From Terriglobia bacterium (lineage in GTDB: Bacteria > Acidobacteriota > Terriglobia > Terriglobales > Acidobacteriaceae): a DNA stretch of 64,000 bases. The DNA lies in the NCBI GenBank assembly GCA_963841075.1, contig CAWJBA010000014.1, positions 21,328 to 85,327 on the forward strand. Direction: 5' to 3'. Shown here piece by piece: positions 51,498-60,798 of this stretch. The notes below the pieces were generated by a model. It saw only the letters and a list, made by a program, of their open reading frames with translations, had not been told where the DNA came from and made no database searches. A program made the position numbers and the translations under genes. Within the stretch, counting starts at the first letter, position 1; each line of letters opens with the position of its first letter.

Positions 51498-51743
51498 ATG
51501 GACATGAACCAAAGACAAATCGCGCTTTCGTTGCTCGAAGGCCTCAGGGAAGACCTGACTTACGCACACCTCAACAATGGCAGCCGCATTCTTGACGTTG
51601 CTGACCTTCGCCAGTACATCTACGAACAGATGGGCCGCATAAGGACAAACGCGTTGGTGACGGATGGGCTGTACGGGAACCAGCATGTTCACGGACAAGA
51701 CACCAGCAACAATAATGGGCACCACAGGAAGACGCATTCATAG
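51498..51743 (+). CDS. hypothetical 81 aa protein (weak)
   Basis: ORF in a lower-GC gap. It has a helical-looking sequence and moderate GC3, with no clear SD. It overlaps an equally long antisense ORF. Confidence 0.3.
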   Translation: MDMNQRQIALSLLEGLREDLTYAHLNNGSRILDVADLRQYIYEQMGRIRTNALVTDGLYGNQHVHGQDTSNNNGHHRKTHS

Positions 51744-51840
51744 AGTTGGTAAAGACTGCAGCCTGTTTCCCAGATGGACTGAATGTGTGCGTTGGCTGCA
51801 ATTGTGGGCGCGTGCGGGAAACGCGCCCAAAGTTGCGGGT

Positions 51841-51912
51841 TCATAGAGCGCGAATGATAAACACAATCACCAGGACGACGACGATTGTTCCTGCCAAACC
51901 GTAACCTAACAT
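51841..51912 (-). CDS. 23 aa hydrophobic micro-protein (MLGYGLAGTIVVVLVIVFIIRAL)
   Basis: Hand translation. GGAGG lies 4 nt upstream of the ATG. Single predicted TM helix. It is below the ORF-track length cutoff. Confidence 0.4.
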   Translation of the reverse strand: MLGYGLAGTIVVVLVIVFIIRAL

Positions 51913-52092
51913 AGAACCTCCAATACTTCACATGACATGTCGCTAATTATGCCGAAGGTGATGGTTCCTGGCTGGTCAGTTTAGCTCACGACTAGTATTT
52001 ACGCGCTGGCTGCGCTCTTGCCCGCGGATGTTTCAGAGAGGTCCGGCCGCGATTCCTTTGCGGTTCAACCCGAGCTGTCATTTCCTGGTTGA

Positions 52093-52248
52093 CTACTGTG
52101 AAGGCTTTGAGGCGCTCGCAGAACTGACTGAAAGGCGCTGAAGAAGATCTGCCAACGTCGGGACAACCCAGACGGGAAACGTGGGCGTTGGTTTGGCCTG
52201 CTGCTGCTGATCACGTTGTGCCGGTTTCTTGACGGATGGGTTTGTCAT
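52093..52248 (-). CDS. 51 aa hypothetical protein
   Basis: Internal ATG of track ORF 52093..52305, preceded by AGGGAGGAAACC. Gln/Pro/Lys-rich N-terminus. Confidence 0.4.
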   Translation of the reverse strand: MTNPSVKKPAQRDQQQQAKPTPTFPVWVVPTLADLLQRLSVSSASASKPSQ

Positions 52249-52430
52249 GGTTTCCTCCCTTTGGCACGCCAGCCTAAGCTCGGAGGAACACAACTGTCTG
52301 AGCAATAGTGCACACTTTTACTTAGCCGCAGCGGACTCAAAGCGCAACTTACCGAGGGCGGGAAAACCTGCAAAAAGGGACTTATTACCGGATTATTGAC
52401 GAGGTCCGATGCTGAGGTCCGGCGTCCGCT

Positions 52431-53996
52431 TTACGGTCCCGCCAGAATGAACACAGGATTTTGCGGCAGGGCATTGCCGCCGTTGGGTGGGGTGATGGCG
52501 CTCAGTGGGGCGGGCATGTCGACCACCGGCGTGTCATCCGACGTGCTGATGATGGTGGTGCTTCCGGCATCGCACCTGGCAGCAAATATCTTTGTGCTGT
52601 CGGCCGAGGCGGCGGCAGAAAAGCGGAAACGCACTCCGCCGGCCACGCCCCCGGGAACGCCGAGACCGCTAATGTCGCAGCCGGTTGGGTTCGTCGTGGG
52701 AATCTCGACCACGACGGCTCCAGTTCCACTCTGGCTGGCTGCCGTCGTCCCCGCTCCGTTGACAACCGTAAAGGTTCCAGCGTTTGCCGATGCCACAGAG
52801 AAAGTTCCGTTGTTGCCTGGGTCCGCCATGCCGGCGATCACAATTTCCATTCCTGGCCGAAGCGCAGGGCCGGAAATCAGATTGTAGGTGTAATTGGTGC
52901 TTGAGCCGGTTTGCGAGGCGGCCGTGATGTTCACTACGGGCTCAAGCGGAATCGTCTTGCGCACGCTGCCGTCGGTAGTGTTGACGACGGTGACTTGAGA
53001 GCTGATGCACAGCTGAGTATCTGCGGGATCCGAAGTGCAGGGAGGAAGTTTGGTCGAACCTATCGCGTAGGCTCGGCTGCCATCGGGCAGGACCGCCACG
53101 CCTACCGGGCCGGTGCCGACCGGCGTCGCAAAAAGGACAGCCGGCGGATCCGACGAAACGTCCACCGCGGTCAAAGTATTGGCAGTGGGATTGGTGATGT
53201 AAAGGCGATTCAGTCTGCCGTCATACGCCATATAATTCGCGCCGGCGCCCACCGCGACCGAGCTGAGCAGGGCGTCAGTCGTGGTATCGATTGTAGATAC
53301 CGTGCCGCTCCCGCTGTTCAGCACGTAGACCCGCGCACTGTCGGAGCGTGCCAGCGCCCAGACGGGTGCGGTCCCGGTGGCGATAGTCTGGGTCACGGTC
53401 CGGTCCACCACGCTGATGGCGGTCACGTTGGCGCTGCCCTGGTTCACTGCGTAAAGCTTCTTCTGGTCCGGAGTCTCCACCAGCGCGACCGGCTGACTGC
53501 CCACTGCGATCAGCGGGTTCAAGGCCACGTTGGTTGCGACCGAGATCGCCGCGACCGTATTGTTCCCGAAGTCCGCGACGTAAACGTTGGCAGTGTCCGT
53601 GGTGTGAACGAACACGGGCAACGAACCAGCCACAAGAGAAGTTGTGGTTACCGGAGTGGCGGTCGCGGGAGGCGTCGGAGAATAGGACGAAACCGTGTTC
53701 TCAAGTGTGTTGACCGCGTACACACGAGTGTTGTTTGGCGTCAGAGTGGCATGCGCCGGACCCAGCCCAAGTTGGGCGACGCCGATGTTGGTGTCGCCGG
53801 AAACATCCAGGCGGCTGCTGGCACCCGGATCGATCGATCCATTGACGCTGAATACAAGTACGAAGTGCACGGCCGCGGGATTCGGTGGAGGAGGGACAAT
53901 GGGAACGGCCACGGGACGATATTGGTCTCCGCAGCTTATGCCAATCAGACTGAGACTCAGAATGCCCAATACACGGGCCCCACGCAAAAACCTCAT
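52431..53996 (-). CDS. lipoprotein with YVTN-type beta-propeller repeats
   Basis: Repeated units: VYAVNTLENTVSSYS, VYVADFGNNTVAAIS, LYAVNQGSANVTAIS, VYVLNSGSGTVSTID, LYITNPTANTLTAVD. Lipobox LIGISC. Start is ambiguous (53996, 54020 or 54080). Confidence 0.75.
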   Translation of the reverse strand: MRFLRGARVLGILSLSLIGISCGDQYRPVAVPIVPPPPNPAAVHFVLVFSVNGSIDPGASSRLDVSGDTNIGVAQLGLGPAHATLTPNNTRVYAVNTLENTVSSYSPTPPATATPVTTTSLVAGSLPVFVHTTDTANVYVADFGNNTVAAISVATNVALNPLIAVGSQPVALVETPDQKKLYAVNQGSANVTAISVVDRTVTQTIATGTAPVWALARSDSARVYVLNSGSGTVSTIDTTTDALLSSVAVGAGANYMAYDGRLNRLYITNPTANTLTAVDVSSDPPAVLFATPVGTGPVGVAVLPDGSRAYAIGSTKLPPCTSDPADTQLCISSQVTVVNTTDGSVRKTIPLEPVVNITAASQTGSSTNYTYNLISGPALRPGMEIVIAGMADPGNNGTFSVASANAGTFTVVNGAGTTAASQSGTGAVVVEIPTTNPTGCDISGLGVPGGVAGGVRFRFSAAASADSTKIFAARCDAGSTTIISTSDDTPVVDMPAPLSAITPPNGGNALPQNPVFILAGP

Positions 53997-54082
53997 CCGC
54001 ACCCCGGCAGAACTGTCCATGAAAAGAGTTCCCATTTTAATGGTTGGTGGGAATATCCGCCAGCGAGCCAGATGCAGCAATC

Positions 54083-54108
54083 AGCTTTTAGCTCTTAGCG
54101 TTTAGCTC
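54083..54108. repeat. degenerate inverted copy of the GCTAAGA heptamer array
   Basis: AGCTTTTAGCTCTTAGCGTTTAGCTC is the reverse complement of a degenerate (GCTAAGA)n. Confidence 0.5.
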
Positions 54109-54226
54109 GTGGCCTTTGGCCTTTGAGGTCTGATGCCCTCTCGACGGTGAAAGGCTGCCCATCAGGATAGAAGGTTCGGTCCAGAAGATCACGCGAGCCA
54201 GACGTGGGATGCAGGTTTTGCCGGAG

Positions 54227-54264
54227 GCTAAGAGCTAAGAGCTAAGAGCTAAGAGCTAAGAGCT
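54227..54264. repeat. 5.4 x GCTAAGA heptamer tandem repeat
   Basis: Five perfect copies, read directly. The array ends 5 nt from the ku stop codon. Confidence 0.9.
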
Positions 54265-54268
54265 GCTT

Positions 54269-55099
54269 TCACGCCTTCCCTCGGGATCGTTTTCCTGCCG
54301 TTTCGCGCGCCGGAGCTGCCGGCTTCTTTTTTCCTTCCATCTCGGCCAGGCTTTGTTTGAGGGCAGCCATCAGGTCTACAACCGGCGCCAGCTTTTTCGG
54401 TTTTTCTACTTCAGTGATCTTGCCGCCTTCGAGCTTGGTCTCGATGAGTTTTTTTACATTCTCCTGGAAGGTATCGTGATACTTTTCCGGGTCCCACTCA
54501 CCCGCCAGGGCTTCGATCAACTGGTGCGCCACTTTCACTTCCGCGTCTTTCAGTTCAACCTCGGGCGCGCCGAAGCCTTCCACCTGGCGAACCTCCTCCG
54601 CGTAATACATGGTGTGCAGCATGAGTCCGCCTTCATGGGGGCGCAGAAACACCGTGTACTCGCGATTGTGCATGGTCAGCTTGGCGATGGCGACGTATTC
54701 GCTTTCTTCCAGGGCCTTGGTCAGGAGTGCGTAGGGTCGGCGCCCCGCCTCTTCCGGCAGCATGTAGTAAGAAGACTCGAAGAATACCGGATCGACGTCG
54801 CTGGATTTTACGAACTCCAGAATCTCCATCGTCTTCGCGGTCTGGGGCTCGATCTTCTTGATCTCTTCCGGTTCGATCACGATGTACTCGCCCTTACGGA
54901 ATTCGTATCCCTTCACGATTTCGTTCCGCTCCACGACTTTGTTGTCGGCGGGACAGTAATATTGCTGTTTGACCCGTTGAAGGTCTTCGCGATGCAACAT
55001 GTTGAAGGAGATCCCACTGCTGCGCGCCCCGGAGAAAAGACGCACCGGCATCGAAATCAAACCGAACGTAAGATATCCCGACCAAACGGAGGCTGCCAT
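54269..55099 (-). CDS. ku: Ku protein (non-homologous end joining)
   Basis: 276 aa. N-terminal VWSGYLTFGLISMPVRLFSGA and a basic C-terminal tail are typical of bacterial Ku. Confidence 0.9.
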   Translation of the reverse strand: MAASVWSGYLTFGLISMPVRLFSGARSSGISFNMLHREDLQRVKQQYYCPADNKVVERNEIVKGYEFRKGEYIVIEPEEIKKIEPQTAKTMEILEFVKSSDVDPVFFESSYYMLPEEAGRRPYALLTKALEESEYVAIAKLTMHNREYTVFLRPHEGGLMLHTMYYAEEVRQVEGFGAPEVELKDAEVKVAHQLIEALAGEWDPEKYHDTFQENVKKLIETKLEGGKITEVEKPKKLAPVVDLMAALKQSLAEMEGKKKPAAPARETAGKRSRGKA

Positions 55100-55278
55100 A
55101 GGTTCACCCCGAACCGGAAAAGCCGCAATCGTAGTGCAGTTTAGACTACGCAGAAGATTTTGATGCAGTTCGTCGACGGCGGTATCCGAACATCAAGCCC
55201 TATTTGTGGGACTACGGAGAGACCTACGCTATAGGTTGTGTATAGTCCGATTTCAATTGCTGGCCGCCGCCATTTATT

Positions 55279-56022
55279 GTGACCGATGTGTATGACATCT
55301 CCCGACTGCGCGATATGACTGGCCTGGGAGCGCAAGTGGCTATCGGAGGCCTTCTCACCTGCGCCTTCGCCGCGCTCGCCCGATCCATGCGCGGAGTCAC
55401 CAACTCCGGCGCACTGGCCGGAGCGGTAGTCTCCTTCCTGCTTTACCTGGGCGGCGGGCGCGGCGCTTTTGCGGCGCTGATCACCGTGTTCGGCCTGACC
55501 TGGATCACAACCCGGATCGGCTACCAGCGCAAGCTGAAGTTGGGGACCGCGGAACCACGGGAAGGGAGGAAAGCATCCCAGGTGGTAGCCAATCTCGGGG
55601 TAGCGGCTGCCTGCGCCGCGCTTTCCGTGGTCAGGCCCAATCGGGCGCTCTTCCTGCTGGCGATGGCGGCAGCTCTCTCCGAGGCCGCGGCCGATACGGT
55701 CTCGAGTGAACTGGGCCAGGCCTTCGGCGACCGGCCTCGCCTGATTACAACCTGGCGTGCGGTCTCCGCAGGAACCGACGGCGGCGTGAGCCTGATCGGA
55801 ACCCTGGCGGGAGCCGTCGCCGCCGGAATTGTGAGTCTGGTTTGTGTTCTCGGTGGATTGCTGCCCTGGGCCTGGCTGCCGGTCTCGATAGGCGCCGCTG
55901 TCCTGGGCATGATTGCGGATAGTTTTCTCGGGGCCGCGCTCGAGCGACGCCACATGGTTAGTAACGATTCGGTAAACTTCCTCAGTACCCTGTTAGCTGC
56001 GCTGGCTGCCTTCTGGTTGTGA
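55279..56022 (+). CDS. DUF92/TIGR00297-type integral membrane protein
   Basis: 247 aa, GTG start, multi-TM, with SELGQAFG and GTDGGVSLIGT segments. Confidence 0.65.
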   Translation: MTDVYDISRLRDMTGLGAQVAIGGLLTCAFAALARSMRGVTNSGALAGAVVSFLLYLGGGRGAFAALITVFGLTWITTRIGYQRKLKLGTAEPREGRKASQVVANLGVAAACAALSVVRPNRALFLLAMAAALSEAAADTVSSELGQAFGDRPRLITTWRAVSAGTDGGVSLIGTLAGAVAAGIVSLVCVLGGLLPWAWLPVSIGAAVLGMIADSFLGAALERRHMVSNDSVNFLSTLLAALAAFWL

Positions 56023-56237
56023 ATACAAGAGATCCCCGACGGTCAGCCAATTCGCCTCGATGTTTCGAGATTTACCCCGGCAGTTCATGTACTTATGGGC
56101 CTTGCTGGAGGGGAGGGGCCGGAGGAGAATCGTGATTGAGCATCTTTGCGCGACGATGCTCGCATCTCACTGCTTTAGTTAGGTTTCCACAGTTCTCGGC
56201 GAGGCCTGAACAAGCAACGAAAGTTATGTAAGAAGTA

Positions 56238-57008
56238 ATGAAGATTCAGACATTTGTTATCGGTTCCGTCCTGGCTCTGGCCCTGTTCTTGTTCGCCCAA
56301 AAGCGTCCGGAGACGAGCCAGCCGGGAAGCTTTCGCGAGGTTGTGGACCTCACACATTCGTTGCCAGCGAGCGGTTTCGAGAAACCACGGAACTCGAATT
56401 ATCGGCTGGAAACCGTCGCTTTGTCCGAAAGGATTTCGTCGTCAGCGTCTTCCGAACAATTCGCCACCCGCATTGAAGCTCCGGCTCTTTTGGGTCGGGG
56501 CATGTGGACTGTCGATCAGATTCCAGCCGGCCGTTTGATCGGGCCGCTGGTGGTGCTCGACGTCAGCGCCAGCGCTAAGGTCAACGCCGACTACGAGATT
56601 TCTGTACAGGACATCGCGCGTTGGGAACAGGACAACGGGCAGATTCCCCTGGGCGCCGTCGTAATGGCGCGCACCGGATGGGGTTCGCGTTGGAGCTCCG
56701 TCAAGAACTACCGAAACGAAGATGCTAAAGGCGTAAAGCACTCCCCTGGATATTCTGAGGAGGCGGCCCGCTTCCTCGCCGAGGGACGCAATGCTCTGGG
56801 ACTGGGAATCGATACCGCCAATCTGGGTCGCGGCTCGGCCAGAAGCGCTGCCGTCGATCAGTACGCGCTCACCCACGGGCTTTATCTTCTTACCAACGTG
56901 GCCAACCTCGACCGCATGCCCGCCAACGGAGCGGTCGCCATGGTGGCGCCTGCGAAGGTAGCAGGAGGAGCGACGGCTCCGGTACGGATTCTCGCCCTGG
57001 TTCGCTAG
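56238..57008 (+). CDS. secreted cyclase-family (arylformamidase-like) protein with substituted metal-binding motif
   Basis: Signal peptide. VVDLTHSL and a C-terminal cyclase-like pattern. The expected GTHxDAPxH region reads ATRIEAPAL. Confidence 0.6.
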   Translation: MKIQTFVIGSVLALALFLFAQKRPETSQPGSFREVVDLTHSLPASGFEKPRNSNYRLETVALSERISSSASSEQFATRIEAPALLGRGMWTVDQIPAGRLIGPLVVLDVSASAKVNADYEISVQDIARWEQDNGQIPLGAVVMARTGWGSRWSSVKNYRNEDAKGVKHSPGYSEEAARFLAEGRNALGLGIDTANLGRGSARSAAVDQYALTHGLYLLTNVANLDRMPANGAVAMVAPAKVAGGATAPVRILALVR

Positions 57009-57124
57009 CCGAGAGTGGTCGGCGTCTCTGAAATAACCTTAAATCCGCTTAGTGGTTCTGCCGCCGCACTTTGCGGTTAAAGGCCGTGGATTTGAGCGTA
57101 CTAACTGTATAGACTCACCGGAAT

Positions 57125-57676
57125 ATGGCCAGTCGGTTCCATCGCGCTCTCGCAACTATGGGGCTGGGGGTAGTGCTATTTCTCGGCGCTGCCTGCAGAC
57201 ACAGAGTGGCGGTCAGCTCCGCACCATCCGTACCGCAAGCTGCGATGAAGCCGGACCAGGTAAACACGGATGGATGGAACAAAGCCTGGACAAACCTGGT
57301 CAACGACGCCGAGCAGAGTTTCACGCCGTCGGTCACCAAGCTGGTGGGCGTCGAGGTGGAACTGCTGGTGGGGAATGCCGGTGCCGAAGAGGATGAGCTG
57401 ACCCTGACCATCATGGACGCAAGCGGAAAGGCGCTGGCGGATGTAACCCAGCGCGTTCAAACCGCGGACTCGGAACATGTCCTTTTCGTGATTCCGAAGG
57501 GCGGAGTGGAAGTCATCCCGGGACAAACCTACCGTATGAAATTAAGCGGAGGAACGACGTTTGGCTGGAAATATGTCGTGGGTGGTTACGAAAAAGGCGC
57601 CGCAACCTTTAACGGAAGGCCGCTGTTGCCGCAGACTCGAAGCACATTCTTATTCCGCACATTCGGGTCGAAATAA
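57125..57676 (+). CDS. lipoprotein, function unknown
   Basis: 183 aa with lipobox LGAAC. Confidence 0.55.
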   Translation: MASRFHRALATMGLGVVLFLGAACRHRVAVSSAPSVPQAAMKPDQVNTDGWNKAWTNLVNDAEQSFTPSVTKLVGVEVELLVGNAGAEEDELTLTIMDASGKALADVTQRVQTADSEHVLFVIPKGGVEVIPGQTYRMKLSGGTTFGWKYVVGGYEKGAATFNGRPLLPQTRSTFLFRTFGSK

Positions 57677-57841
57677 ACTCCAGTCGCCGCCCCGGCTCTC
57701 AACAGTTCTTAACACCATCTGTGCAGAAATCTTTATCGGCATTATGATTCTGCGTTGCTTTTCTCGAACCTTTCGAGTTTCCTCTTAGATCAATGATTGT
57801 GTGGAGCGGGCGCCCTCGCCCGCTTGCTTGAGGAGGCAAGA

Positions 57842-58375
57842 ATGAGCGATCCGCGGTATCCCATCGGAAAATTTACTTTCAACGGCTCGCCGGATGAAGC
57901 ACAGCGCAACCGGCTCATTAACGATATCGAGCAGACTCCTGCCGCCTTGAGATCGGCAGTGGAGGGACTTTCGTCCCAGCAGATCGAAACTCCCTATCGC
58001 GAGGGCGGATGGACGGTGCGGCAAGTGACTCACCATGTGCCGGAGAGCCACATGAACGCCTACATCCGCTTCAAACTCGCGTTGACCGAAGATGCGCCGA
58101 CCATCAAACCCTACATGGAAGATCGCTGGGCGAAACTCGGGGATGTGCAGTCCACTCCGTTGGAAGTGTCACTGTCTTTGCTTGATTCGCTCCACGACCG
58201 ATGGGTGCGCCTGCTGCGTTCGCTCGAGCCGCAGGACTGGAAACGCTCGTTTCATCATCCCGAGTTGGGAATCGTGCCGTTGGAAAAGAACCTGGCCTTG
58301 TATTCGTGGCACGGTCGCCACCATGTGGCCCATATCACGGAGTTGCGGAAGAAGATGGGCTGGCTGTCGTCCTGA
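57842..58375 (+). CDS. DinB/YfiT-family metal-dependent protein
   Basis: Start at the ATG after GAGGAGG. PIGKF, WTVRQVTHHVPESHMNAY and YSWHGRHHVAHI have the three-His pattern. The last codons lie in repeat A3. Confidence 0.8.
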   Translation: MSDPRYPIGKFTFNGSPDEAQRNRLINDIEQTPAALRSAVEGLSSQQIETPYREGGWTVRQVTHHVPESHMNAYIRFKLALTEDAPTIKPYMEDRWAKLGDVQSTPLEVSLSLLDSLHDRWVRLLRSLEPQDWKRSFHHPELGIVPLEKNLALYSWHGRHHVAHITELRKKMGWLSS

Positions 58376-58427
58376 GCGGAGAAACTGCTTCGCCAGCGAA
58401 ATCTGACAGCTCCGCTCAGGATGACAG
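58364..58427. repeat. palindromic element, family A copy 3 (short form)
   Basis: CTGTCGTCCTGAGCGGAG - 28 nt - CTCCGCTCAGGATGACAG exactly fills the gap between two convergent genes. Confidence 0.8.
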
Positions 58428-59042
58428 CTACGCGGGAATGTTCAGCTTCCACAGCATGTAACTGGCGGCCTCGCGCAAGACGGCCAAGGCCCGTTGCCAT
58501 GTGGTCCGCGGAAGAGAGTCTGGACGCGGCGCCACGTATACCTGCACGCCCTCATGCTCGAGCAATTTGTGGATGCGAAATACGTGGTAGGCATCGCTGA
58601 CCGCCACGCAGCTATGCATGCCGTTGGTGCTCATGATTACTCCCACGCGCTGCGCCGACGACGCGGTGTCGGAGCCCTGGGTCTCAGCGATCAATTTCGA
58701 CTCGGGAATTCCGCGATGCATCAGGTAGTCGTGGCCTACTCCACCTTCGCTGAAAGTGGGATCCGCCCCGGATCCTCCAGTGGTGATGACTACCGGCGCG
58801 GCGCCACGCTCGAACAGGTCGTAAGCGTGATCGAGGCGGGCGCGGAAGACAGGCGATGGATGTCCCGCATATTGAGCTGCGCCGAAGACAACGATCGCGT
58901 CGGCGGGATGAACTTCCTGCACACCGGCTTCGTGCACGATGTGAACGCTGGTAATCCCGAGAAAGGCCGCGACCGCGGTCGCAGCCAGGGCCACCACCCA
59001 CAAGGGCCAGGGGCTGGGCCGCCGCTCTTCTTCTCGGTTCAT
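58428..59042 (-). CDS. YdcF/DUF218-family protein
   Basis: 204 aa. N-terminal TM, then IVVFGAAQ...ARLDHAYDLFERGAAPVVITTGG pattern. Confidence 0.75.
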   Translation of the reverse strand: MNREEERRPSPWPLWVVALAATAVAAFLGITSVHIVHEAGVQEVHPADAIVVFGAAQYAGHPSPVFRARLDHAYDLFERGAAPVVITTGGSGADPTFSEGGVGHDYLMHRGIPESKLIAETQGSDTASSAQRVGVIMSTNGMHSCVAVSDAYHVFRIHKLLEHEGVQVYVAPRPDSLPRTTWQRALAVLREAASYMLWKLNIPA

Positions 59043-59069
59043 CCTTGTGCTGGGTTCATCGTGCCGAGT

Positions 59070-59717
59070 TCATCCTTGCGCGAAGAACTCCGAAATCTCC
59101 TGGGACGGGATGGCGCCTTCCCGCATGATCCGCCAGCGCGCTTCTTCATCGGTGAGGTCAATGATGGTGGAAGCGACTTCGCGGGGTGACGTTCCGCCAT
59201 CGATGATGATCGCGATACGGTCCTGAAGCTGGTCGCGGACCGCGAGCGCTGTAGTGCATTCGGATTCGCCACTCAGGTTGGCCGAGGTCGCGGTAATCGG
59301 AATCTGCGCCGCCTGCACGACCGCCAGCGGAATCGGAGCCTTGGGCACCCGCAGGGCCACGTTGCCGGTGTTGGCCGTTACTTTCAAAGGGAGGCGCGAA
59401 GAGGCCTTGACGATGATGGTCAATGGCCCGGGCCAGAAACGCCGCGCCAGGGCATAAAACTCTTCCGGCAGAGGTTGCGCCAGCTGTTCGGCCTGGTCCA
59501 CGTCAGCGATCAGCAGGGACAATGGCTTGTGCCGCGAACGTGACTTGATGTCATATACCCGGTCCACCGCGCGCAAGTTAAAGGGATCGGCCGCCAGGCC
59601 GTAAAAAGTGTCCGTCGGCATGCCCAGAACTTCTCCGGCGCGAATCTGATCCGCGGCGTAGCGGATGAGAGACGCTTCCGGGTTATCGCAATTAATCTTG
59701 ACAATTTCTACGCGCAC
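59070..59717 (-). CDS. tsaC: L-threonylcarbamoyladenylate synthase (TsaC/YwlC type)
   Basis: 215 aa, GTG start. PTDTFYGLAADP, KSRSRHKPLSLL and FWPGPLT motifs. Confidence 0.85.
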   Translation of the reverse strand: MRVEIVKINCDNPEASLIRYAADQIRAGEVLGMPTDTFYGLAADPFNLRAVDRVYDIKSRSRHKPLSLLIADVDQAEQLAQPLPEEFYALARRFWPGPLTIIVKASSRLPLKVTANTGNVALRVPKAPIPLAVVQAAQIPITATSANLSGESECTTALAVRDQLQDRIAIIIDGGTSPREVASTIIDLTDEEARWRIMREGAIPSQEISEFFAQG

Positions 59718-59811
59718 TTACAGGTCCCTTCCCATCCAGATCTTGAAATCCAGGTCTCAAAAATCGCGAGAGCTAACATAACATGGGCAGGCGCCGAAAG
59801 CCGAGCATTGC

Positions 59812-59925
59812 GTAGCGCTGGCGTCCCGCCGGCCCGATGGGCGGGCAACGCCCGCCAGTGGAGTTTGCGGCGTAACGACGGAGGGCGAGACGCCATCCGG
59901 ACACCCGGCGGGACGCCGGCGCTAC
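59812..59925. repeat. GC-rich palindromic repeat, family C copy 3 (long, composite)
   Basis: GTAGCGCTGGCGTCCCGCCGGC...CCGGCGGGACGCCGGCGCTAC. Its internal segments are reverse complements of the copy 1 core. Confidence 0.7.
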
Positions 59926-59964
59926 TGCCAGGAACATGTATGATTCTCGGCGAATGGCGCGAAC

Positions 59965-60798
59965 ATGAAAGAAACCGCAGCAGCCTCCAGACCGGTTCCG
60001 AATGCCCGCCTGCGCCGCATCGAGGGCCGGCACAACGCTGTGGTAAAAGACCTGCGCCGCGCCTTTTCTCACGGTGAGCCCGCTGCCGACGGCTATTGTG
60101 CCATTGAAGGTTTTCGTATTCTTGAGGAGGCGATTCGCAGCGGGGTGCGCTTTCGAGCGGTATTCTTCAGCGAGTCGGCGGCGGCCCGGGCAGACAGGCT
60201 GCTGTCCCAGCTCGGCGCGCAAGTCGAGACCTTGTTGCTGCCCGACAAGCTCTTTGCCAGCGCCGTCCCGAGCGACGCGCCGCAAGGCGTGGCGGCTCTG
60301 GCGCGATGGAAGGAATTCTCACTCGAAGACGTGTTGGCCAAGTCCCAAGCGGGGCCGCTGCTGGCCATCGCAGGAGTGCAGGACCCCGGAAACCTGGGCA
60401 CTATCCTGCGTTCGGCAGAGGCCTTTGGCGCCGGCGGCGTGGTGCTGGGGGAGGGCACAGTCAGCCCGTTCAACCCTAAGGTCGTCCGGGCCTCGGCCGG
60501 TTCGGTATTCAGGCTGCCGGTGGCGCGGGTTGCACTACCTGGTGCTCTTGGCCAAATGAAGGGGCTCGGACTTCGGCTGGTTGCCACGGTGTCGCACAAA
60601 GGCACGCCGCTCGGTCACGCTAAGTTGTCAGGGCCTCTCGCAATCTTTATTGGCAGCGAAGGCGCCGGATTGTCGCGCGATCTCATCAAAGAAATGGACG
60701 AAGTTGTGGCAATTCCGCAGGCGCCGCAGGTGGAATCACTGAACGTGGGAGTGGCGACGAGTATCGTGTTGTATGAGGTAATGAGGCAAAAGCAATGA
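59965..60798 (+). CDS. SpoU/TrmH-family RNA 2'-O-methyltransferase
   Basis: 277 aa. [29 protein letters not shown] and [15 protein letters not shown] motifs. Confidence 0.85.
   Translation: MKETAAASRPVPNARLRRIEGRHNAVVKDLRRAFSHGEPAADGYCAIEGFRILEEAIRSGVRFRAVFFSESAAARADRLLSQLGAQVETLLLPDKLFASAVPSDAPQGVAALARWKEFSLEDVLAKSQAGPLLAIAGVQDPGNLGTILRSAEAFGAGGVVLGEGTVSPFNPKVVRASAGSVFRLPVARVALPGALGQMKGLGLRLVATVSHKGTPLGHAKLSGPLAIFIGSEGAGLSRDLIKEMDEVVAIPQAPQVESLNVGVATSIVLYEVMRQKQ

Noticed and set aside
51270-51737. 155 aa minus-strand ORF overlapping the cheX 3' end
   Set aside because: It overlaps cheX and the opposite-strand 81 aa ORF. It has no SD and no motif. The region is kept as a small-ORF gap instead.
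54227-54264. CRISPR-like array (also considered for repeat families A-C)
   Set aside because: The unit is 7 bp with no spacers. Families A-C are dispersed palindromes, not regularly spaced direct repeats. No cas genes are present.
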